Below, one piece after another: positions 13,301-23,500 of a DNA stretch of 38,143 nt (its first letter is position 1; the number at the start of each line of letters is the position of its first letter). The notes under the pieces were generated by a model that searched no databases, was not told where the DNA came from, and saw nothing but the letters and a program-made list of their open reading frames with translations. The DNA comes from Intoshia linei. Its lineage: Eukaryota > Animalia > Orthonectida. A program made the translations under genes and the position numbers. The stretch lies in the NCBI GenBank assembly GCA_001642005.1, contig LWCA01000230.1, positions 1-38,143 of the forward strand, read 5' to 3'.

Positions 13301-15691
13301 ATATTTGGTTGGGCTTTAAAAATTTTAGAAAACAAAATAATTGATTATAATTAGTTATTAATGATTTTCTATTGTTACAAATTCATTGATAAGCTCAATT
13401 TTTATTAAAATTTATATATATTTTTAGAGGTATTTTTACATGCGGTTTTGATTACAATTATGGTAATTGAATAAGATGTTGATAATGAATTGACATTCTT
13501 AAATTAATTTTTCGAAAAATATAATTAATATCTTTAAATAAATTATAGAGATTAAATTAGTTTTGATATTTCAAAAAAATTTATTCGGTAAATTGCCAAC
13601 CCTAGAAAAAATCCTTTTTTCCACTATTTTTTTAAAAAATCTAATTTTACTAACCTTTAATGGAAAAATCCACTTTTTAACATTTTTCTTTGTATATATA
13701 AATTATATATATTTATATCTAATTTGAATCATTTTTTAATAATTAATTGATGATAAGTGATCATTTATCACATTTAACTTTAAAGTTATAACTTATAACT
13801 ACTATTTGAAACACAGTGGTAACCTTTACCAGGTAAAGTTACAGCAATGATAATTTTTAAACAAGATAAACTAAACTTTGGTAAATTCGCATATTTTTGA
13901 TAGACTAAAAATATTTACACCAAACTCAAAAATCACAAATGAATTCGGTTTATTGTATGTTATATTTAGGTATATTTAATTTTAATTTTTGCGCAGTAGT
14001 ATATAAACATAAAAAAATCTGTTAATACACCACATGGAAATATTTGTTATAAATTGTAGTGGGGCGTAGAAATTCCGTAAGGATAAAGTGGGGCATGACA
14101 CTTAAAAGGTTGGGAAACACTGATGTAAAGTATTATAGTTAAAAATGAATTCCTGCTTGTTTGTTACTATTTATTTAGAAAAGGAAGAGACGTCGAATTT
14201 AAAACACATATTTTAGGTCATATTTAAAAAACATTACCATTATCGTACATTTCAATCTCAGAAACTTGCATCTTTAAAGTCAAAAACCCAAAGTATTCTT
14301 TATTTTAAAAGTGAAAAGTCCCATATTTTTAAAAAATGCAAATTCTACATAAAATATTTGAACCCCATATTTGGCATCATAGAAACATTTACGCGGTGAA
14401 GTAATGTTACCAAAATTGAGTATAATTAAATAAATTTAAAAATGATATTAACAAAGTTATATTTCCGTTCATAATATAGATTCTTCTAGATTTATTCTGA
14501 AATTTTAATGAATAATCATTTTTGACCAGGCATACGTAGATTTGTCAGGTTAAAATTTAAGATGTGATACATTGATAGTTTTAAATTTCCTAGAATTTGT
14601 TTTTTAAAATAAATGGTAACGGACAAACATACATTTTTAGCTATATTATTTTTATATATGTCGTATAGAATGTATAAAACTTTCATTTATATTTTAGTTT
14701 AATTTTGGGTTTTAGCAATTTTTTTTGAACCAAAATTTAAGGGGGGTTTTTTTAGATTTTTTTGTAAACCAAATTTTAAGGAACGATTCTTAGAAATTTT
14801 TTTTTAAACCAAACTTTCACGGGGGGTCTTTTAAGATTTTTTTTGAACCAAAATTTTAAGAGGGTTTTTAAGATTTTTTTGGAACTAAACTTTTAAGAGG
14901 GGTTTTTAGGAATTTTTTTTGAGCCAAACTTTAAAGGGGGTTTTTTAGGAAATTTTTTTTTCCAAAATTTCAAGAGGGTCTTTTAAGATTTTTTTTGAAC
15001 CAAAATTTCAAAAGGCGTATTAATGCTGTTTCTACATTGATATCAATTATCGTTCAATTGATAAGTATAAAATTTTTCACTACAATCCCTCGAAATTTTA
15101 GTTCAAAAAAAATTTTAAAAACCCTCTTAAAATTTTGGTTCAAAAAAATCTTAAAAACCCCTACTCAAAGTTTGGTTCAAAAAAAATTTCCTAAAAATCC
15201 ACCTTAAAAGTTTGATTTAAAAAAAATTCAAAGAAACGCCTTTAAATTATAAATGAAAGTTTTACACATGATACGACTAACCCATAGAATGTGTACATTC
15301 TACGACTTGCCCGTGGAATGTGTACATTTCACAGTTGTACACATTCTATGCAACATATATAATTAATTAAGAATAAAAATTATTATAAAATATATTTTTA
15401 ACATATATATATTTGTAAATAGTTTTAATTTTTGGCCAAAATTTTAAAATGACTACTTTTTTTATTTCCTGTATAACATTCCTGCTCATGTTGAGAAACC
15501 TGGTCTAGAATATTATGTGATTGTATTTTTATAATTAATTTGATATTTTTTACATTTAGTGAAGCCATCGGTTGTATTTTCTGCATAGTCTTGGCTTTTT
15601 CAATATTATTCATTGCAACGAATAAGTAAACGTTATAATTAATTAATTCTAAAACTGTAACACTAGATTTCATAGATTTAAAAAACCATAA
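10375..15691 (+). CDS. Putative multi-pass membrane protein gene, model incomplete (possibly tetraspanin-like topology)
   Basis: Splice-bounded hydrophobic open frames: ~10375-10476 (MKVLKIFTKISLKILLKFIYFIFFLVFF), ~12743-12865 (KMCFVYVLTCYVTVTSLILVYSLYSYQKISETKLKKEIL), ~15423-15489 (LIFGQNFKMTTFFISCITFLL), ~15560-15626 (EAIGCIFCIVLAFSILFIATNK) and final FHRFKKP*. I could not join all pieces and found no CCG motif. Confidence 0.35.
11047..11236 (+). repeat. Dispersed ~190-bp repeat with terminal hairpins (copy 1)
   Basis: Colinear with 34872-35062, e.g. TTAGATTTTCAACGTGAATTTATT and GGTAGAATAAAAATGTGCCCTCG. Confidence 0.85.
12916..13134. mobile_element. hAT-like MITE (CAGGGCC-type ends)
   Basis: TIRs CAGGGCCATGGAG...CTCCACGGTCCTG. 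TSD AATATACG/AATATACC. Confidence 0.8.
13254..14122. mobile_element. hAT MITE
   Basis: TIRs CAGTGATTCCCAAC...GTTGGGAAACACTG. Perfect TSD ATGTAAAG. Subterminal GTGGGGC repeats at both ends. Confidence 0.92.
14659..15355. mobile_element. Foldback-like element with inverted arms made of ~39-bp tandem units, TGT...ACA termini
   Basis: About 8 units of TTTTTTGAACCAAAATTTTAAGRGGGTTTTTAAGA at ~14720-15015, and about 4 inverted units at ~15085-15240. Outer inverted repeat TGTCGTATAGAATGT / ACATTCTATGCAACA, flanked by TATA. Confidence 0.75.
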
Positions 15692-15711
15692 ATTCTACAT
15701 TGATGTACATT

Positions 15712-16257
15712 TTAAAATTTAAATAAATAACAAAATGTCATATTGTAAATATCGAATCTTGCAAAATCAAAATATTTTTGATAAAACATAATTGAATACA
15801 CATAAACAGTGATTTGCTTAAATTTTTTTATAATAAAAAATAAATTGTAAGTTCTTTTTAGTATAATTATTCTAGAAAAAAATTTAGCGTAATACACAGA
15901 ATCAGAAAGATAACAAATTTTAACTAAGCGTTTTTTATGTTAGTAGTTATGCTCATTAAAATTTACTATTCATTTAAAAACCTTATTTTTAGATGTGTAT
16001 ACTTTACGAGAATAGATTTGAAAGTAAAATGTTATAATTAATGTTTATAAATACAGATTTAACCAAAATTTGGGGTTATTCCATTTTGTAATATTTAAAT
16101 TAGAAATGACCTTTTCAATTTTATGCTTTAAATAATTAATGATAGGATTCTTTTTTTCGATATGAATATAAATGATGAATTGCAGTGACGTACTGAAATT
16201 GTCAATATGGATAATTTTTTGATTGATAGTATCTAAAAATTCTCCAAGACACGTCAT
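15712..16257 (-). CDS. Possible small spliced gene of unknown function directly downstream of TMEM53-like
   Basis: Two open frames (16045-16257 starting with ATG; 15712-~15925) with plausible GT/AG sites between them. No recognisable family. Confidence 0.25.
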
Positions 16258-16483
16258 TTAAATTTTATTCTTAAATTTCAACGAAATACAAAATGGAATA
16301 GACTCACTCATTTGTATTAATCTATTATTTCTAGTAAATGCAAAAGTCAACTCGAAGATAAATAAAATTTAAAAGGAAAATAAAAATTAGATAATTTAGT
16401 TATTAAAAATTAGTATACCATGTAAATCTGATACATATCATCTTAATTTGTTAATATTAAATCAAAACCTGCAAAAATAAAAT

Positions 16484-19095
16484 TTATTTGCACACTTCAA
16501 TAAAATTCTGAATGAGAATTTTAATATTTTGATTTTTAGAAAAAAATTTAAATTGACACCGATTACTGAAAATATTTTTTTCATTGACAAGTGAAAGAGA
16601 TTGCTGAAAATCTTCATTTTCTTCCATTTCATAATTTTCTACATTATCAACATAACAGTAATTACCCATCATAAATTTGACATGTAAACAAGGGTACTTG
16701 CTAGAAATTTTATTCAAAATATCCGAGTAGTTTAAATACAATACATTTGTAAAAAGAGAATAAAAAAAAGATACAAATTGATAAATTGATTGAAATAATG
16801 TAGAAAAGCTGAATTTGAAATTTTTTTTAAAATATTTTAAAAAATTGAATACTGTTGGAAATATGAGTTCGCCATCTACAATTAGTCCAATTATCATTAA
16901 ATTATTCAAATTATTTTCAATCTTTTTTTGGGTTTTTAAATTTGAATTATTATAGATATTACGATTTTTGAAATGTGCTGTTTTAGGTCTATTTTTATTA
17001 TTTGGTATATTTTCAATTGAATCAGACTCACTTGACGTGTAATAACAATCTGTTGATATTGAACCCCACGAGTTATCCAGAATTTGAAATTCATCATCAT
17101 CCATGTCAGAATCAATTTCCTTTACACTTTCAAAACAAAAAGTATGACTTTTACGTTGTGTAATGTTAGACTTTTTACAAATTTTGGATTTTTCATTTTG
17201 TTTTATTTCAGGTATATATGCTGTTTTATATTTGCCATCGGATTCCTCCTTTTTTAATTGTTTCCAGTTGCCCTTCTTTTCATTCATTTCACCAAAAAAG
17301 TTTTGGAAAAACATCATGCTGATTGGACCTCTCAAATGAAATACAATATTATGGCCTACAAAATCATATTCATATAAAATTTCAATTAAACGATCCGTGT
17401 AAAAATTGATCATATTCACATTAAATATATTCGATTCTTGGACAATATAAGCTAGCACAGTATAACTAAATAATTTAATTAAAAATTTAATAATAAAAAA
17501 AAAAGTAATCTTTATTTTTTAAATGTCTCATTATACATAATTATATAATAAAATTACTTTTTTTTAAGATAAATGCTTTTGTAAACGGCACTTTTTGCAA
17601 ATTTATCGTCTCCGATAAAAATAACCAATTTTTCATTTACTATATTTAAAAATGTAAATATTTATAATACAAACTAATTCCTCGTTAACGGAATAATTGG
17701 TCCAGAAAAAAATCTCACTCGGTTACGAGGATTTTTTTGGGAAAACATTCTCGTTAACGAAATTTTTTATAAATAATGCATATATTAAAACAGTGGTTCT
17801 CGATTGGGGTTCAAAATTATATGACTGGGGTTAGTAAGATTCAAATAAAATATGGAAAAATTTTAATCAACTTTTATTTATTTTTATAGAAGAATTTTTA
17901 TTATTTATTACCGAGTTTCTAGATGTTCATTACCCCGAAGCTTAGATGACCGCTACATTATTATTTCAAAAATCCCACTTTTATCCACCATTAATAAACT
18001 TTAGTCAAAAATACCATTTTAAGCCCTAAAGAAAAATCCGATTTTACGAAATCATATGAAAAAAATTAACTTAATCAAAACCACAAAATAAAAAATCCAT
18101 TTTAATAACCCTTAAGGTAAAAATACCCCTTTTTCCAATATTTTTTTGCAAAACACGATTTTACCAAATTTTATGAGAAAAACCTCTTATTCCAACCCCA
18201 AAATAAAATCCAATATTATCAACGCTTTAGGGAAATACCCTCTTTTTCCAATATTATTTTGAAAAATACGATTATACTAAATCTTATGAGCAACAACTTT
18301 TTAATCAAAAACTCAAAATAAAAAATAAAATTTTAGCAACCGTCAATCAAAAATTCTTCAATTTCAAATATTTTTTTGAAAAACACTATTTTACTAAATC
18401 TTATGATGAAAAACCTTTGAAATTTTTTATCAATGTTTTATATTTCATGTTTTCCTTGGGCTCCAAAAAAATAAATATTTTGAAATGGGGTTCGTAAACT
18501 ATTTGAAACGAATACTATTGCATTAAAATAATGAAAAGATTTTAATTTCAATTACTTAACATATATTTGCAGGTATATATCAAAAAAAAATAATTTTTTT
18601 TACATCTTAAAGTTTTAGTATAATTATGATGCTAATCATTTTAAGTTAAAATTTAACGGAACTTTTTGTACTTTAGAAAAAAATTAAATAAAATTCATAG
18701 TCCGTTATTCAGGATTTTTTTTTTGGATAACGAGGAATTCAGTTAAATAGGAATTAGCCTGTATAAATGTAACATAATCGTCCTTACCGATTAAATAGTG
18801 TCCAACCACCAATTTTATAAATTTTTATTTAAAATAGCCAATCAAAATAATAATAAACTATTGAGTTTATAGATATGTATGGTAGATACTATATATCCAT
18901 ACAGTTTATATATAAAAATTTTTGAAATGCGAATACAGCACATATTTTGATAAGTAATGCTAAAATAAAGGCGGCCCATATATACTAATATATACAATTA
19001 CCTTCAATTTGAAGATGGACATTTTGATAAACATTCTTTGATATTTTATTTTCGGGGAAAGTAATAATATAGTCATCATCCTCAAAATTAGCCAT
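16484..19095 (-). CDS. TMEM53: TMEM53 / DUF829 alpha-beta-hydrolase-fold-like protein, 3 exons, ~385 aa, with large internal insertion
   Basis: Exons 19002-19095, 17558-17639 and 16484-17465 splice in frame. MANFEDDDYIITFPE resembles human MASAELDYTIEIPD. KLVIFIG...VYKSIYLKKNYTVLAY resembles PVVILLGW...KYSAIYHKRGCIVIRY. DRLIEILYEYDFVGHNIVFH resembles QKLLELLFDYEIEKEPLLFH. LMIIGLIVD resembles LRVVGTIFD. Human sequences are recalled from memory. Confidence 0.8.
17670..18761. mobile_element. Tigger/pogo-like MITE hosting a family A element
   Basis: TA-flanked TIRs CAAACTAATTCCTCGTTAAC...GTTAAATAGGAATTAGCCTG. Subterminal CTCGTTAACG/TAACGAGG palindromic motifs. Confidence 0.75.
17791..18520 (+). 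mobile_element. hAT MITE carrying internal ~29-bp tandem array (family A)
   Basis: Ends CAGTGGTTCTCGATT...AATACTATTG. TSD TATTAAAA/CATTAAAA. Array at ~17965-18420. Confidence 0.8.
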
Positions 19096-19556
19096 TACGA
19101 ATAATTTATTTCTATGTTGTAGCAACCTTTAAACCAATTTGATACAATGGTTTCCAAGATTTTATATTTTATATATACATTTTTCAATATAAATTTAAAC
19201 ATCAGACAAATTTAATGGATACCGTAAAATTATAAATTATTATTTATCACACTATAAAAATTAAGTACAATTGTAATGTAAAATTAATTCATTTCAGATT
19301 TTGAAAAATAATTTAAATATTTGACTAAAAATTTATATAAAATAACGTGTAAATAATCCATTTCTAGTCAATCTAAAACCTCTAAAAATTCAACACCAAA
19401 TGATCAGTTTATCAGTTTTATTTACAAAAAATATATATGATATTGTATAAACTACAAATATTTGTATTAAAACATATACTATTCTCATTATAAATATTTG
19501 TTCAATAATTTTAAGATGATGGACATAAAAAAATATTAAATAAAAATCATTTAAAA

Positions 19557-20450
19557 ATGGGAAGCTTATGCTCAAAAAAAGAAGACGATAATGTGGTATA
19601 AATATACTTAGATATCCACAATGTACTTTAAAAAAATTAATTATAATTTCATGATATTCACATTAGGAAACATTAAATAATCAACAAATAAATGAAGAAA
19701 ATAACGATTTGATAAAATATGCTACAACTCCACAAATTAGTATAAAAAACGGATGTGAAGATATTGTGTATAAAAATTTTGGTGCTGATTTAGACACGTT
19801 GAAAAATAAAGATGCAGACGATTTGATTAGCTCACTCAATGTTACAGGTGAAAAATTTAAATAATATAATAAACATAAAAATTTTACAAATACAGACAAT
19901 ATTACAATTATATCAGCCTGGTCTCAGTCAATTCGGATGAGAACTAAAAAGTTAAGATACAAATTTAGCCAACCAAACTTTAAAAATTTTCAACCCTATT
20001 TTTAGTTTATTCAGTGCTACCAATAATGTAATTAAGAAAAATGGCATTTAAGATTAACTAATTAATATGTAATATTCAAAATTAGAGGACAGTGAAAAAA
20101 AAACAGATGAATGTGATTCAGAAAATCAAAATAAAGAAATACGACGTAATTATATTAAAATTCTCATCATCTATCGAAGGTTCCAATCTTAATATAACCA
20201 ATAAGATTAATTTTAACTCTTAAAAATTCATAAATTTTCCGTTTCCCGAAGGGAAACGTTTTGACAAGTTTTTTCTAATGTTAAACTTAACCATGAATTA
20301 GGTAACATATATTATACACTAACTTTAGAACTCAAAGTAAGGTCACTACTGACGCCAGAAACCGAAACAAAAAAATACGCATATTTTTCTCTTCCTATTA
20401 CATTGTGCAATGACAAATTGTCCTTTAATTTTGAAGATTCAGTTATTTAA
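19557..20450 (+). CDS. Small uncharacterised protein (~160 aa) with N-terminal myristoylation/palmitoylation-type motif MGSLCSK
   Basis: Exons 19557-19595, 19667-19847, 19896-19950, 20006-20027, 20088-20145 and 20329-20450 join in frame with GT-AG junctions. Stop TAA at 20448-20450 is followed by AATAAA at 20458. Internal exons are tentative (one GAG acceptor). Confidence 0.6.
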
Positions 20451-20529
20451 TATTTTTAATAAATGTACATAATAATTTCAATTTTTAACATACTATAATT
20501 ACTTTTATAAATATTATTCATATTTTATT

Positions 20530-23500
20530 TTAACAATTCTCATAATTATTGCCGCATAATTCAATGATACTTTGCTTACTTGCAATCGAATAATAAGAAA
20601 CATATATTCCCATTTCACTTGACCCCAAACTTGTAACACATCGTAAATGTTCAAATGCAATATGAATCAAACTAAATCTTTTATTAATAGAGTAAGTAAA
20701 TAATACATTTAAACTACATACCATATATTGGTTTTAGAAAGGGTACTAGAGAGGTTCATATGCAAAAATATTTTTTTAAAATATACCAGTACAAATAATT
20801 GAAATGTAATCTCTAAAGCAAAAGTGGGCAACCTTATGATGGTCACGGTATAACCTCACAAGGAAAGAGAAAAACACAAGAGAAGTATAAAAGAAAGATA
20901 TATAATACTTTTTTATCCTGATAAATTCTGATAATTTGGCAAATCAAACACATTAAAAATTTAACTAATAACGTTCATCGTACCACGCGTGGCACGTGGT
21001 AACCGTGGAAATAGGTGTATTAATGAATCTTTATTCATATTTTCTTATCCTATCAAAGAAATTTTTCATCAAATCACAATTAATCCTTGATAATTAATTA
21101 ATAAAATAATTACTACCGCTGTTAGTACTTAGAAAAATGACTGTGGATTAAAAAATGAAATCTATGGACATATAAAAATTAAAATAAAATCATTGGTGTA
21201 GGTTGTCCATTATTGCTCTAAAGGAGATACACAAAAATATAAAAAATGTTGCATCATAGATTATATCAGTGTTTCTTAAACATAGCTATACAGACCCCAC
21301 TTTCAATAAAAAGTTTTATAATTTAATTTAACATTATTTAAATTAAAAAGTTTTGGTGTTTTAGACCGGGAAGATAATTTCAGACGTTAAAAATTTTTCT
21401 CAATAAAATGAAAGAAGTCTGTCTTGGAAGTTGTAGTAATTACGTTTTTTTAAGTTGTAGGAATTTTAATTATTCAATATTAATTGCTATTTGCCAAATT
21501 TTGGGTAATAAAATGGTAATTTGAGTTCTTGATATTAAAGACGCAAATTTCTGAGAATTCAATTTATAATAAAACACTCACTGGAAAACACTTATTAAAA
21601 TTATTTAAATTTGTGTTATTTTTCTATTGGGTATTGTCAAGTATGATTGATAAGCTTTTCTAACATATCTATATTAGAAAGTTACACATCCCTGATATAA
21701 AATAAAATGTTAAATGTATACGTTATATATGGCGAAAAATTGATTCGTAAAATTTGTAGTACATGTTCGAAAAAAATGTAAATGTATTGTCCATTGCAAT
21801 CTAAATAATTAAAATGAAATATCAGTATTATTAATAGTGACTATAACAGTGATTCTCAATTTGTGATCCGCGGGCCATTTTGAAAATACTTTAAAAAATT
21901 TTGTTTTTGTTTAAAAAAATCTATGGAAAAATTAAAAAAAATGGGAATATTCAAAAATTGCAAGAACACATTGTCTGAAAAATATAGTTTCATTTTTCAC
22001 CGTTGGCTACTTTTGAATTGATTAAAAAAAGATAAATTCATTTTTTTTCAAGATCAACTGGGATAAAATGTCTCAAACTAATTTTATTTACAATGACAAG
22101 ACTATTAATTGATTAAATAATTAGTAAAGTGTTTTCTTTGCCGTAATTAATCCTTCATTTTTAGGAAGCAAAGTTTTCTGAATGTTACCTGGGAATATTG
22201 TATTAGTGACAAGTTATGACTCATAACTTTTTTTAAAAAAAACGGGATTTAAAGTTTTTTCCGTGGATACTCAAATGTATCTTAATTTTTGGTCGGATAA
22301 AGCTCACCCATAAATTTTGTCTGTAAATTTCTGGGATTGTCAAGTTTCTAAATAAATGTTTACACATACAGAAAGATGTACATTTTTAGCAATTTGTAAC
22401 TTATGTAATTAAGAATATATATATTAAAAATTTTCAACTAAAAGTTGAGAATGACATATACAATGACATTTAAATTTTCTTAAACATTACGTATTGTAAC
22501 GGGATTAGGACAAACTAATGAAAAATTTGACGTAATTTCATTGTTCTTCAAAACGGAAATATTTACTAAAAAAATATAAAATTATGTAATTAATAAAAAT
22601 TACCATCTGTACAAAGCAAAGTACACTTTGCTTCATAAAATATATGAACAAACAACAAGGGAGATTTTGTCAACAATGAAAATTTGTCTAAAATATGTAA
22701 TACAATAACATTAAAGCAACATAAATAATAAAATATGTATTTTAAGGGAAGTTTTTTTTCATGCAATTTTTATAGACTTTGAAGATAATATTGGGACTAA
22801 CATTTGGTAGGGTTTTTAAGGGAAGTTTTTTTCACCAAATTTTTAATGGTTTTGAAGATAAGTTTGGTCCCAAGATTTGGTAGTGTTTTTAAGGGAATAT
22901 TTTTAACATTTAACGTTAGGATCTTCAAAATTGTTCCCTTAAAAACCCTACTAAAATTGTGGCTAAAAAAGGGTTAAAAACCGTACCAAGTTTTGGACCC
23001 AAAATTATCATCAAAATCTTTAAAATTAAGTGAAAAATTAATATGATAAATTATTAAAATCTATGATTATGCAGCTCTAAGATGTATCGCTTAAATGAAT
23101 ATAGCTCTAGAGCAAGGGTTCTCAACCTTTTTTAAAAATTGCCCCCTCCATAATTCATAAACAAGTTTTTATTTACTCAATTTTTTAAAGAATCCGTCCA
23201 TAGAACCAATAATTATCTTAAAAAAAATTGTAATACTTTTGTATGTTATTTTAGACATTGGAAAGCATTAACAACATAGTAAAATAAGTTAATTAACAAC
23301 ATAAAAAATGTTATTTTAAATATACAGTCAATTTAACCAACAGCAATTACATTAAAATTTCTTGTTCGTTAAAAAAAAGTTAACGAACAAACAAAATTCA
23401 TTTTTAATTCATTTATTTTTTTATAAAAATCACATATTGTTTTGGGTCTTTTTTTTAATATAGTTTCTTTCACTGTTTGTAATGCGATTAGGCCATTCAA

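Noticed and set aside
14720-15240. Regular repeats resembling a CRISPR array
   Set aside because: Units are contiguous and degenerate with no unique spacers, they form inverted arms, no cas genes are present, and the DNA is eukaryotic.
19390-19899. Minus-strand ORFs 19390-19575 and 19681-19899
   Set aside because: They are antisense to the better-supported spliced MGSLCSK gene.
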